A stretch of DNA of 64,000 nt, taken from assembly GCA_963711395.1 (NCBI GenBank), contig CAVQEA010000014.1, positions 15,269 to 79,268 of the forward strand, in the 5' to 3' direction. Below the pieces are notes generated by a model, which saw nothing but the letters and a program-made list of their open reading frames with translations, had not been told where the DNA came from and ran no database searches. Positions 49,633 through 60,688 of this stretch are shown in pieces. This stretch comes from an uncultured delta proteobacterium (GTDB taxonomy: Bacteria > Desulfobacterota > Binatia > JACPRU01). Every line of letters begins with the position of its first letter. The stretch's first letter is position 1. The position numbers were made by a program, and so were the translations under genes.

Positions 49633-49721
49633 GGGCCGGAGTCTAGTCGTCTCCCGCGGCCGAAGCCATGCGGCCGCCGCGGCGCGTGGACAGCCGGCGA
49701 AGCGCTGTCGTAGTGTGCGCC

Positions 49722-50528
49722 ATGGCGGCGAAGTCGAAGGGGTCTCCCTATCAGGTGCAGGTGCTCGACCGCGCCGTCGCGATCCTCGAGACGCTGGCGG
49801 CGCGCGACGAGGACCTTTCCTTGTTCGAGATCGCCGAGCGCCTGCGCCTCCACAAGAGCACGATTCACCGCCTGCTCATGGTGCTCGAGCGCCACCGGCT
49901 CGTCGAGCGCCGCGCGGACGGCGGCAAGTACGGCCTCGGCCTCCGTCTCTTCGAGTTCGGCAGCAAGGCGTTCACGCGCCTCGGCCTCGGCGAGCGCGCG
50001 CGGCCTCACCTCGAGAAGCTCGCCGCCGAGACCGGCGAGACCGCGCACCTTTGCATCCTCGACGGCGGCGGCGTGCTCTACCTCGAGAAGGTCGAGCCGT
50101 CGCGCACGGTGCGCGTGCCGTCGAGCGTCGGACAGCGAAACCCCGCCCATTGCACGGCGGTCGGCAAGGCGCTGCTCGCCTACCTTCCAGAGCGGAACCT
50201 CGAAGCGCTGCTCGAGAGCCGCGGCCTCAAGGCCTACACGCGGAACACGATCACCACCCCGGCGCTCCTCCAGCGCGAGCTCCGCACCATTCGCCAGCGC
50301 GGCTACGCCATCGACGACGAGGAGATCGAGGAGGGGCTGCGCTGCGTCGGCGCTCCGGTGCGCGATCACTCGGGGCGGGTCGTGGCGTCGATGAGCATCG
50401 CGGGCCCGGCCTTTCGCGTGACGCGCGCCAAAGCTCCGGCTCTGGCCCGGGCGGTGATGAAGGTCGCCGACGCCTTCTCGAGCGAGCTCGGCTATCGGCC
50501 GCTGCGGCGAGCCCCGAGGACGGCCTGA
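49722..50528 (+). CDS. IclR-family transcriptional regulator
   Basis: VQVLDRAVAILETLAARDEDLSLFEIAERLRLHKSTIHRLLMVL (wHTH), plus a C-terminal IclR effector domain (AIDDEEIEEGLRCVGAPV). Confidence 0.9.
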   Translation: MAAKSKGSPYQVQVLDRAVAILETLAARDEDLSLFEIAERLRLHKSTIHRLLMVLERHRLVERRADGGKYGLGLRLFEFGSKAFTRLGLGERARPHLEKLAAETGETAHLCILDGGGVLYLEKVEPSRTVRVPSSVGQRNPAHCTAVGKALLAYLPERNLEALLESRGLKAYTRNTITTPALLQRELRTIRQRGYAIDDEEIEEGLRCVGAPVRDHSGRVVASMSIAGPAFRVTRAKAPALARAVMKVADAFSSELGYRPLRRAPRTA

Positions 50529-50605
50529 GGATTGACGGCGTCGGCGCACGGGCCATAGAAGGCGTGAGACTCTGTACCGCATTGTAAGATTCGCGGAGCC
50601 ACCCG

Positions 50606-50908
50606 TTGCGAGCGATCTGCAAGACCTCGGAGATCGGCCCCGGCTCGGTCAAGCGAGTCGAGGTGGACGGCCTGCCGCCGCTCGCCGTCTACAATCTCGG
50701 GGGACGGTTCTTCGTGACCGACGACACCTGCACGCACGGCAAAGCGTCGCTCGCCGAGGGCACCGTCGAGGGGACGGAGATCGAGTGCCCGTGGCACGGC
50801 GGCCGGTTCGACATCGCCACGGGCCAGCCGACCTGCCTGCCGGCGATCGAGTCGATCGCCACGTATCCGGTCACGATCGTCGACGACGAGATCTGCATCG
50901 GAGGATGA
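50606..50908 (+). CDS. Rieske [2Fe-2S] ferredoxin component
   Basis: CTHGKASL...CPWHGGRF (CxH...CxxH). 100 aa. Non-ATG start as listed in the ORF track. Confidence 0.85.
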   Translation: MRAICKTSEIGPGSVKRVEVDGLPPLAVYNLGGRFFVTDDTCTHGKASLAEGTVEGTEIECPWHGGRFDIATGQPTCLPAIESIATYPVTIVDDEICIGG

Positions 50909-50912
50909 CACC

Positions 50913-51653
50913 ATGCGAGGCTTGAAGGACACGGTGGCATTGGTGACGGGCGCGGGCCGCGGCATCGGCCGCGCGATCGCCGAGCGGCTCGCCGCCGAGG
51001 GCGCGAAGGTCGCGGTGCTCGACATCGACGAGGCGACGGCGCGCGCGACGGCGGAGGCGATCGGCGGCGCCGGCATACGCATGGACGTGACCGACGGGGC
51101 CAGCGTGCGCGCCGCCACCGCCGAGGCCGAGCGCCGTCTCGGGCCGGTCACGATCCTCGTCAACAACGCCGGCTGGGACAAGGCCGAGCCGTTCGTGAAG
51201 AGCAGCGAGGAGACGTGGGACAAGGTGCTCGCCATCAATCTCAAGGGGCCGATCCGCATGACCCGCGCGGTGCTCGACGGCATGATCGAACGGCGCCGCG
51301 GGCGCATCGTCACCGTGAGCTCCGACGCCGGCCGCGTCGGATCCTCGGGTGAGGCGGTGTACTCGGCCGCCAAGGCCGGCGTGATTGGCTTCTCGAAGAC
51401 GCTTGCCCGAGAGCTCGCGCGCTACTCCATCAACGTCAACGTCGTCTGTCCGGGGCCGACCAATACGCAGCTCTTGCGCGACGTCGCCCCGGAGAACTCG
51501 AAGCTCGTCGAGGCGCTCAGGCGCGCCGTGCCGTTCGGGCGCATCGGCGAGCCGCACGAGATCGCCTCCGCGGTGGCGTTCCTCGCTTCCGACGACGCGG
51601 GCTTCATCACCGGCCAGACGCTGTCCGTCAGCGGCGGCCTGACGATGGTCTGA
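50913..51653 (+). CDS. SDR dehydrogenase resembling 2-hydroxycyclohexanecarboxyl-CoA dehydrogenase (BadH-like)
   Basis: TGAGRGIGRA, NNAGWDK, GRIVTVSSDAGRVGSSGEAVYSAAKAGVIGFSKTLARELARYSINVNVVCPGPTNTQLL, FITGQTLSVSGGLTMV. Strong resemblance by eye to BadH as I recall it. Confidence 0.8.
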   Translation: MRGLKDTVALVTGAGRGIGRAIAERLAAEGAKVAVLDIDEATARATAEAIGGAGIRMDVTDGASVRAATAEAERRLGPVTILVNNAGWDKAEPFVKSSEETWDKVLAINLKGPIRMTRAVLDGMIERRRGRIVTVSSDAGRVGSSGEAVYSAAKAGVIGFSKTLARELARYSINVNVVCPGPTNTQLLRDVAPENSKLVEALRRAVPFGRIGEPHEIASAVAFLASDDAGFITGQTLSVSGGLTMV

Positions 51654-51655
51654 CC

Positions 51656-52437
51656 ATGTACGAGACCCTGCAATTCGACGTCGTCGATTCCATCGGCTGG
51701 GTGCGGCTCAACCGGCCGCGGCGCCTGAACGCGATCAGCCCGCAGATGGTGAGCGATCTCCGCGCGGTGGTCGACCGCGTGCGCGCCGATTCGTCGATCC
51801 GCGTGCTCGTCTTCGTCGGCACTGGCCGGGCGTTCTCGGCCGGCGCCGACATCGCCGAGCTGGTCGGGCTCGAGAGCTCGGTTCGCTTCCTGCGCTTTCT
51901 CGATTCCATCCACGCGGTCCTCGACGACATCGAATCGCTCGACCGCCCGACGATCGCGGCCGTGAACGGCCTCGCCTATGGCGGCGGCTGCGAGCTCGCC
52001 ATCGCCTGCGACCTCCGTCTCATGGCCGAGAGCGCCAAGCTCGGCGTGCCAGAGATCCTGATCGGCGTGCTCCCGGGCGGGGGCGGCACACAGCGCCTGC
52101 CGCGCCTGCTGCCGCCGGCAATTGCCAAGCAGATGATCTTCTTCGGCGAGCCGATCAGCGCGGAAACCGCCGCGCGCCACGGCATCGCCAACGCGGTCGT
52201 GCCGGACGAGCAGATCGAGAAGACGGCGCGGCGAATGGGCGAAGAAGCTCGCCGCGCTGCCGCCGCTCGCGCTCGGCGCGGCCAAGATGCTGGTGCGCGC
52301 GGCCGGCAACGCCGACTTGCAGAGCGGCCTCGACGCCGAGCGCCAGGCCGTGGCGTTCCTCTACGGAACCGAGGACGGCCGCGAAGGGCTCAAGGCGTTC
52401 CTCGAGAAGCGGCCGGCGAAGTTTCGCGGCAGCTGAG
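51656..52437 (+). CDS. enoyl-CoA hydratase/isomerase (crotonase) family, one frameshift near 52225
   Basis: GTGRAFSAGADI...AAVNGLAYGGGCELAIACDLRL. The C-terminus is recovered in another frame (LALGAAKMLV...EGLKAFLEKRPAKFRGS). Confidence 0.85.
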
Positions 52438-52450
52438 CGGGCCCTGGTCG

Positions 52451-54087
52451 ATGTTCTTCGAGACCACCCTCGCCGCGGAAGCCATCGACCGGCACACAGC
52501 TTCGGGCGCGTATCCCGACCGGCTGCTCAACGACTTCGTCGACGAGTGGGCGAAGGAGAGCCCACTGAAGACCGCGATCGTCGACGCGCGCAGCCGCTAC
52601 GGCTACCAGGAGCTGCGCGCCAGGGCCGACACGGCGGCGCTCGGCTTCCTCGACTGCGGCATTCGCCGCGGCGACGTGGTCACCGTCCAGCTCCCCAACT
52701 GGAACGAGTTCATCATCATCGCGCTCGCGCTCGAGCGCATCGGCGCGGTGATCAACCCCGTGGCGCCGATTTTCCGCCAGCGCGAGCTGAAGAGCATCCT
52801 GCGGCTGGCGCAAAGCCGGGCGGTCGTGATGCCGGCGAGCTTCCGGGGCTTCGACTATCCCGCGATGTACGCCGAGCTCGGCGGCGATTTCCCGGCGCTC
52901 GCCACGCGGGTCGTGATCGGCGAGGGAGTGCCGCGCGGCTTCCTCGACTGGCACGAGCTTCTCGACCGCGGCGCCGACCGCGAGGCGCTGCGCGCCGAGC
53001 TCGATCTTTTCCGCCCCGACCCGAACGATGTCATCGAGCTGATGTTCACCTCGGGAACGACCGGCGAGCCGAAGGGCGTGATGCATACCGCCAACACGAT
53101 CTCGGCAGGAGCCGATCCGATCCGGCGGATGCTCGGCGTGTCCCCTTCGGATGTCTTCCACATGGCCTCTACGCTCGGACACCAGACGGGCTTTCTCTAC
53201 GGCATGCAGGCGACGCTCCGCAGCGGCGCGCGGCTCGTGCTGCAGGAGACCTGGGATCCCGTTCACTTCGTGAAGCTCGTCGACGCCGAGCGCATCACCT
53301 GCTCGATGGGCGCGACGCCGTTTCTCGCCGACATGCTCGGCGCGCCGAACCTCGCCGACCACGACACCAGCTCGCTCCGCATCTTCATCTGCGGCGGCGC
53401 GCCGATTCCGCGCCCGCTCGCCGAGACCGCCGTGGAGCGGCTGTCGTGCCGGCTCGTCCCGGTGTGGGGGATGACCGAGATGGGCATCGTCACGCTGGTG
53501 AGCCCTCACCATCCCGCTGCGAAGATCGCCGACGAGCGACGGCACCCCCTACCCCGGCGCCGAGGTCGCCGTTCGCGCGCGACGACGGCGAGGCGGCGCC
53601 GGTTGGCGTCGAGGGCGAGCTCTGGACGCGCACGCCCGCGATGTTCGCCGGCTACAGCCAGGGACGCGCCTTCACCGCGCGCTTCTTCGATCCCGAGGGG
53701 TGGTTCAGCACCGGAGACCGCGCAACCGCCGACGCCGACGGCTTCATTCGCATCACCGGCCGCAGCAAGGACCTCATCATCCGCGGCGGCGAGAACGTGC
53801 CGGTGAAGGAGATCGAGGACGTATTGATCCGCCATCCCGCGGTGAGGAACGTGGCGCTGGTCGCCGTGCCCCACCCGCGGCTCGGCGAGATCGGCTGCGC
53901 CTGCGTGGTGCCCGACGGGAGCACGCGGCCCTCGCTCAGCGAGCTCTGCGCGTTCCTCGGCGAGCGGCAGGTCACGCGCCAGTTCTGGCCCGAGCAGCTG
54001 CTCGTGCTCGACGCGCTGCCGCTGACCGCGAGCGGCAAGGTGCAGAAGTTCCTGCTTCGCGAGATGGCCGCGGCGGCGAGCCGCTGA
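52451..54087 (+). CDS. AMP-dependent acyl-CoA synthetase/ligase (AliA-like), ~2 frameshifts near 53535-53575
   Basis: LMFTSGTTGEPKGVMHT (AMP-binding motif). After the shifts: WFSTGD, GRSKDLIIRGGENV and ASGKVQKF. Confidence 0.85.
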
Positions 54088-54094
54088 GGGTTCG

Positions 54095-55246
54095 ATGGAT
54101 TTCGGATTCTCCGACACCGAGCGCGAATTCGCCGAGTCGCTGCGCCGCTACGCGCGCGAGCGCTTGCTCGCCGAGTATTCGAAGTGGGATCGGGGGACGC
54201 CCTACCCGCGCGAGCGACTGCGGGAGCTGGCCGCGCTCGGCATTCCCGGGCTGCGGGTCCCCGCTGCCTACGGCGGCTCCGAGGCGACCTACGTGATGGG
54301 CGGCATCGCCGCCGAAGAGCTCGCGCGCGGCGACTACAACGTGACGCTCTTCGTGCAGCTCTCGATGATCGCGGCCGACCTCATCTCCGGGTTCGCGACC
54401 GCGGCGTGCAAGGAGCGCTGGCTTCGCGGCCTGGCGAGCGGCGACGATATCGTGGCGTTCGGCCTGACCGAGCCCGGCGCCGGCTCCGATGCCGCGGCGC
54501 TCGTCACCACGGCCACCCGCGACGGCGACAGCTACGTGGTGAGCGGCGAGAAGGCCTCGATCACGTTCGCCGGCATGGCAGACGCCGCGATCGTGTTCGC
54601 CCGCATGGGAGGCGGCGGGGCGCGAGGCATCGGCGCCGTGGTCGTGCCGCTCGATGCGCCCGGCGTATCGCGCCGCGTCTACCGATCCGCCGGGGAGCGG
54701 CTCTCGCAGCGCGGCTCGCTCACCTTCGAGTCCGTGCGCGTGCCGGTCGAGAACCGGCTTGGCGACGAGAGCGGCGGGTTCATCCAGGCCATGAGCGCCT
54801 TCGACTACAACCGTGCGGTGATCGCCCTCGCGTGTGTGGGCGCCGCGCAGCAGTCGCTCGACGAGACCATCGAGTACGCCAAGCAACGGCACACCTTCGG
54901 AAAGCCGATCGCCACCCGCGAGGGCGTGTCGTTCCAGATCGCCGAGCACCTGACGATGCTGTCGGCGGCTCGCCTGCTTGCCTACCAGTGCCTTGCGCTT
55001 CGCGACCAAGGGCAGCCGCACACGCGCGAAGCGGCGATGGCGAAGTGGCTCGGACCGAAGGCCTCCGCCGAGGCGATTCACGCGGCGATCGTGCTCAACG
55101 GCTGGATGGGTTACGACCAGGACCTGCCGCACGAGCAGCGTCTGCGCGACGTGATCGGCCTCGAGATCGGCGACGGCACGCCCGAGATCATGAAGGCGAT
55201 CATCGCGCGCGAGACGTTCGGACGCGAGTTCACGTCGTACAAGTGA
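54095..55246 (+). CDS. acyl-CoA dehydrogenase
   Basis: 383 aa, intact. FGLTEPGAGSD and EIGDGTPEIMKAIIARE are typical ACAD motifs. Confidence 0.9.
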   Translation: MDFGFSDTEREFAESLRRYARERLLAEYSKWDRGTPYPRERLRELAALGIPGLRVPAAYGGSEATYVMGGIAAEELARGDYNVTLFVQLSMIAADLISGFATAACKERWLRGLASGDDIVAFGLTEPGAGSDAAALVTTATRDGDSYVVSGEKASITFAGMADAAIVFARMGGGGARGIGAVVVPLDAPGVSRRVYRSAGERLSQRGSLTFESVRVPVENRLGDESGGFIQAMSAFDYNRAVIALACVGAAQQSLDETIEYAKQRHTFGKPIATREGVSFQIAEHLTMLSAARLLAYQCLALRDQGQPHTREAAMAKWLGPKASAEAIHAAIVLNGWMGYDQDLPHEQRLRDVIGLEIGDGTPEIMKAIIARETFGREFTSYK

Positions 55247-55404
55247 GCGGGTGATGAGCATCCTCTCGACAAGCGGGACGGCATCCGACGATCGCCATCA
55301 CCGTCGCGGATCTTGGCGCCGGGATGTCGTCATCGCGCTACGGTGGACGGGCGGTCGCGAGGCGTTCATCGAGAAGCGCGGGCCACCCGCGGAGCGTCGA
55401 TCGC

Positions 55405-56160
55405 ATGAGACTCGCCGGAAAGGTGCGCCATCGCGGGGCGTCAGCGGCATCGGCCGTGCGACGGCCGAACGCTTCGCCCGCGAGGGCGCTGCGATCGTCG
55501 TCAACTACCGGCGCAGTCGCGAGGCCGCCGCGCAACCGTCGACGCAATCGTTGGCGGCGGCGGAACGGCGATCGCCGTCGAGGCGACCTCGAGAGCGGCG
55601 ACGCGATCGCGGCGATGTTCGCCGAGGTGCGCGAGCCGATTCGGCGCGCTCGACTTGCTCGTCGCCAACGCGGCGGCGACCGCGTTCCGGCCCGCTCCTC
55701 GACACCAAGCCGCATCACGTCGAGCGCACGTTCGCGATCACGGTCTCGGGCTTTCTGCGCTGCGTCCAGGAGGCGGTGCCGTTGATGGACAGGCCGCGAA
55801 GGCGCGATCGTGGCGGTCTCGGGCTTCGACACACTGAAGGCGCATCCCCGGCCACGGCACGCTCGGCGCCGCCAAGGCTTCGATGGAGACGATGGTCCGC
55901 TACCTCGCCGCCGAGCTCGCGCCGCGTGGGATCCGAGTCAACGCGGTGAATCCCGGTTACGTCGACACCGACTCGGCGCGCTTTTACGCGGGAGAGGACT
56001 TCAGCGGCGGGTCCGCGAAGAGTGGATTCCGTCGATCCCGGCCGTCGCGCATCGCGTCGCCGGAGGAGATCGCCGCGGCGATCCTCTTTCTCTGCTCGGC
56101 CGACGCGAGCTACGTCTACGGCCAGACGCTCGTCGTGGACGGCGGGCTAACGCTGCTTGA
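55405..56160 (+). pseudogene. SDR-family oxidoreductase, several frame changes
   Basis: MRLAGKV..., [81 protein letters not shown]. The pieces are spread across frames and the end is approximate. Confidence 0.6.
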
Positions 56161-56225
56161 CGGACATTCGCGGCTCGCCCAAATTGTGGAGATCTCATCT
56201 CGTAATGTAAGACGGCGGATCAGTC

Positions 56226-56971
56226 ATGGATTCGGGACTGAGAGGCTTGCGGTCGTCACCGGCGCGAGCCACGGCATCGGCCGCGAGATCGCGATGACGC
56301 TCGCCGAGCACGGTTTCGTGGTGCGCGGCATCGGTCTCTATCGAGCGGGACCTCCGCGAGACCCACGAGGAGGCGAAGCGGCGGTCGCTCGACGTCGAGG
56401 TGTACGAGGGCGACGTCAGCCGGGCGCGGAGGTCGCGAAGTTTCGGGCGCTGGGTGGCGAAGGCGGGCGGCCAACTGCGCGCGATCTGCAACAACGCCGC
56501 GATCCGCCCGGTCGGCACCGTGCTCGACATCTCGGAGGAGGACTGGGATCGCGTGTTCGCGGTCAACGTGAAGGGCGCGTTCCTCGTGTTGCGCGCCTTC
56601 GCTGCCGATCCTGATCGCCGCCGGCGGCGGCTCGATCGTCAACATCGCGTCGTGCTCTTCGATGGGTGCCGCGAACCTCGTCGCCTACTCGGCGAGCAAG
56701 AGCGCGCTCATCGCCATGACTCGCTGCCTCGCGGAGGACCACAAGGCGCAGCGAATACGCGCCAACGTGATCCTGCCCGGTCCGATCCGTTCGGGCATGA
56801 CCGAGGGCTGCCGAACGAGTGCTCGTGTGGTGCGAGCAGAACGGCGTGCAGGGCCGGCTCGGCTCGCCGCGCGACGTCGCCAACGCGGTCGCGTTTCTGG
56901 CGTCGGACGAAGCCGAAACGATCAGCGGCACCGAGCTGCGGGTCAATTACTGGCCGGCCCTCTTCGGCTGA
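56226..56971 (+). pseudogene. SDR-family oxidoreductase, several frame changes
   Basis: MDSGLRG / [16 protein letters not shown] / [31 protein letters not shown] / GSIVNIASCSSMGAANLVAYSASKSALIAMTRCLA / ISGTELRVNYWPALFG. Confidence 0.6.
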
Positions 56972-57052
56972 GGCTAAAGCACGAGTATGTACGGGCGGAG
57001 ACGACTCGCGACCAACGGGAGCGAGCAAACGAGACGGTAAGGCGCAGAGCCC

Positions 57053-57845
57053 ATGGACTCCGGACAAGATCGAGCCTACGGCGACGAGCTCTACCGGGCG
57101 TTGCGCGAGCGCTTCACGGTCGCGCCGCTCACCGAGCGCGAGCCGGAGATCACGGTCGAGGACGCCTACCGCATCCAGCTCGCGATCGTCGCGCGGCAAG
57201 CTCGAGCGCGAGGGCGTTCGCACGTCGGCAAGAAGATCGGCGTGACGAGCGAGGCCGTGCAGAAGATGCTCGGCGTCGACCAGCCGGACTTCGGCTACCT
57301 GACCTCCGAGATGCTGGCTACGCGACGGCGGCGCGGTGCCGACCGAGCGCCTGATCCAGCCGCGCGCCGAGGGCGAGATCGCGTTCGTGCTGAAGCGCGA
57401 CCTCGTGGCCCGGGCCTCACGTCGGCCGACGTGCTCGCGGCGACCGATTGCGTCGAGGCCGTGCTTCGAGATCGTCGACTCGCGCATCCGCGACTGGAAG
57501 ATCAAGATCCAGGACACGGTCGCCGACAATGCTTCGTCGCGGCATGCTGGTGGTGAGCGACGGCCGCGGCTCTCGCCGGCGCGCGTCGATCTGCTCGGCT
57601 GCCGCATGAGGCTCGAGAAGAACGGCGCGATCATCGGCACGGCGGCACCGGCGCCGCGTCGATGGGCTCGCCGCTCCTGCGCCTGACGTGGCTCGCCAAC
57701 ACGCTCGGCGAGCTCGGCATCGTCGCTCCGGGCGGGCGAAATCGTGCTCTCGGGCTCGCTCGGTCCGCTCGTGCCCGTCGCAGCCGGGGACCGCATGCAG
57801 CTCACCATCGACGGGATCGGCGACTGCGCGGTGCGCTTCGAGTGA
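57053..57845 (+). pseudogene. 2-oxopent-4-enoate (2-keto-4-pentenoate) hydratase, multiple frame changes
   Basis: TVEDAYRIQLAIV, GKKIGVTSEAVQKMLGVDQPDFGYL, RAEGEIAFVLKRDL, FEIVDSRIRDWKIKIQDTVADNAS, GDCAVRFE. Confidence 0.75.
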
Positions 57846-57853
57846 GCGTTGCC

Positions 57854-58779
57854 ATGAAGCTCGGCGCCGCCATCATCGGCTCGGGCAACATCGGCACCGA
57901 CCTCCTGTACAAGCTGCTGCGCAGCGCGTCGGATCGAGCCGGTGTGGATGGTCGGCATCGATCCCGGCTCCGACGGCCTGGCGCGCGCGCGCGAGCTCGG
58001 CTTGAAGACCACCGCACGACGGCGTCGACGGCCTGCTGCCGCACCTGGCGCGCGGACGGCGTGCGAGATCGCCTTCGACGCGACCTCGGCCTACGTGCAC
58101 GCCGAGAACGCGCGCAAGCTCAACGCGCTCGGCGTCGTCGTCGATCGACCTGACGCCGGCGGCGATCGGCCCGTACTGCGTGCCGCCGGTCAACCTGCGC
58201 GCAGCACGTCGGCGAGGCGCGCGATGAACGTGAACATGGTGACGCTGCGGCGGCCAGGCGACGATCCCGATGGTCGCCGCGGTCAGCCGCGTGCAGCCGG
58301 TGGCCTACGGCGAGATCGTCGCCACCGTCGCCTCGAAGTCGGCCGGGCCCGGCACGCGCAAGAACATCGACGAGTTCACCCGCACCACCGCGCGCGGCAT
58401 CGAGAAGGTCGGCGGCGCCAAGCGCGGCAAGGCGATCATCATCATCAACCCCGCCGAGCCGCCGCTGATCATGCGCGACACGGTCCACTGCCTGACCGAG
58501 ACCGAGCCCGACGAGGCGGCGATCACCGCCTCGATCGCAGGCGATGATCCAGCGAGGTGCAGACGTACGTGCCCGGCTACAGGCTGAAGAACGGCCCGGT
58601 GTTCGACGGCAAGCGCGTGTCGATCTTCCTCGAGGTCGAGGGACTGCGGCGACTACCTGCCGAAGTACGCCGGCAACCTCGACATCATGACCGCGGCGGC
58701 GCGCGCACCGCGCGAGATGTTCGCCGAGGAGATGCGAAGGAGCGCGTTCAAGCCGCGCCCGGGGCGCAGGAGCGCCGTC
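57854..58779 (+). pseudogene. acetaldehyde dehydrogenase (acetylating), multiple frame changes; 3' end approximate
   Basis: [120 protein letters not shown]. Confidence 0.8.
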
Positions 58780-59822
58780 ATGGACCTTGCGGGGCAAGAC
58801 AGCGTCACGCTGCACGACATGTGCCTGCGCGACGGCATGCACCCCAAGGCGCACCAGATCACGCTCGAGCAGATGATCGGCGATCGCCACGGGCCTCGAC
58901 GAGGCCGGCGTGCCGCTGATCGAGGTGACCCACGGCGACGGCCTCGGCGGCGCCTCGGTCAACTACGGCTTCCCGCGCGCACACGACGAGGAGTATCTGC
59001 GCGGCCGTGGTGCCGAAGATGAAGCGGGCGCAAGGTCTCCGCGCTGCTGCATCCCCGGCATCGGCACGGTCGACGCACCTGCAGATGGCGGTGGACTGCG
59101 GGGCGACGCGACGATCCGCGTCGCCACCCATTGCACCGAGGCCGACGTCTCCGAGCAGCACATCGGGGTCGCGCGCAAGCTCGGCCTCGACACCGTCGGC
59201 TTCCTGATGATGGCGCACATGATCACCGGCGCAGACGCTGCCGCGCAGGCCAAGCTGATGGAGAGCTACGGCGCCAACTGCATCTACGTGCACGGACTCG
59301 GCCGGCTACATGCTGCCCGACGACGTCACCGCACGCATCGGCGCTGCTGCGCAGCGGCCTGCGGCCGGAGACGGAGATCGGCTTTCACGGCCATCACAAC
59401 CTGGCATGGGGATCGCCAACTCGCTCGCCGCGATCGAGGCCGGCGCCGTCGCATCGACGGCTCGGCGGCGGGCCTCGGCGCCGGCGCGGGCAACACGCCG
59501 CTGGAGGTGTTCGTCGCGGTGCTGCGACCGCATGGGCATCGTCACCGGCGTCGATCTCTTCAAGCTCATGGACGTGGCCGAGGACCTGGTGGTGCCGATG
59601 ATGGATCAGCCGATGCGCATCGACCGCGACTCGCTGATGCTGGGCTATGCCGGCGTCTACTCGTCGTTCCTGCTGCTTCGCCAAGCGCGCCGAGCGAGCG
59701 CTACGGCGTGCCGGCGCGCGACATCCTGGTCGAGCTCGGGCGGCGCGAGCACCGTCGGCGGCCAGGAAGACATGATCGAGAGCGTGGCCCTCGAGCTCGC
59801 CGCGCAGCGGAGGACGCAATGA
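58780..59822 (+). pseudogene. 4-hydroxy-2-oxovalerate aldolase, multiple frame changes
   Basis: AGGAG RBS, then [128 protein letters not shown]. Confidence 0.8.
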
Positions 59823-60679
59823 GCCTGTGGCTGGATCTTCTGGGAGCGGAGGTGCGCTTCGTCGACACGCCGAGCTTCGGACGCGTGCGCATCGCCGAGG
59901 CGGGGCGCGGCAAGGAGCCGCTGTTGTTCCTGCACGGCATCGGCGGGCATCTCGAAGCCTATGCCAAGAACGTCGTGCCGCTCTCGGACCGCTTTCACAC
60001 CATCGCCTACGACTACGTCGGTCACGGCCTTTCCGAGAAGAAAGTCCTCGACTACACGCCGTTCACGTTCGTCGAGCACCTCCGCGAGCTCTGCGACGCT
60101 CTCGGCCTCGGCCGGGTCAACCTCTCCGGTGAATCCCTCGGCGGGTGGGTGAGCGCGCTCTTCACGGTGCGGTGGCCGGAGCGCGTCAACCGCCTGATGC
60201 TGAACACCACGGCGGGCATCCCCATCCTCACCGAGAAAGGCCGCGCCGATCTCGAGAACCTGAAGGCGCTGTCGCAGAAGAACGCCGGGCAGATGCCGAC
60301 CTTCGAGAGCGTGCAGGCACGCATGCAGTGGCTCATCCATCCCGCCAATCATCACCTGCTGAACGACGAGCTGGTGCGCACGCGCCTTCGCTTCTACACC
60401 CAGCCGGGCATGCGCGAGGTCGCGCCGGCGGTGCTGAGGATCATCGGGCGCCACGACGAGTTTTTGATCCCGCTCGAGAAGATCGGCTGCGAGACGTTGT
60501 TCCTGTGGACGCTCGACAACCCCGTGCACGACGTCGAGTCCGCACGCCAGGCCTGCGCGAAGGTGGCGCGGGGGCAGCTCTACCTGATGAAGGGCGACTC
60601 CGCGCACTGGCCGCAGTACGAGCAGCCCGAGGAGTTCAACGCGGTGACGCGGAGCTTCTTCACGACCGGGAAGATCTAG
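59819..60679 (+). CDS. alpha/beta-fold meta-cleavage-product hydrolase (BphD/MhpC-like)
   Basis: ATGA overlap with the aldolase stop. [10 protein letters not shown], nucleophile elbow LSGESLGG, C-terminal [16 protein letters not shown]. Intact. Confidence 0.88.
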   Translation: MSLWLDLLGAEVRFVDTPSFGRVRIAEAGRGKEPLLFLHGIGGHLEAYAKNVVPLSDRFHTIAYDYVGHGLSEKKVLDYTPFTFVEHLRELCDALGLGRVNLSGESLGGWVSALFTVRWPERVNRLMLNTTAGIPILTEKGRADLENLKALSQKNAGQMPTFESVQARMQWLIHPANHHLLNDELVRTRLRFYTQPGMREVAPAVLRIIGRHDEFLIPLEKIGCETLFLWTLDNPVHDVESARQACAKVARGQLYLMKGDSAHWPQYEQPEEFNAVTRSFFTTGKI

Positions 60680-60688
60680 GGAGCCCTC

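Noticed and set aside
50529-50605. Possible promoter (TTGACG ... ATAGAA; TGTAAGAT) and IclR operator between the regulator and the ferredoxin gene
   Set aside because: The hexamers match sigma-70 consensus only weakly. No convincing inverted repeat was found. There is too little evidence to annotate.
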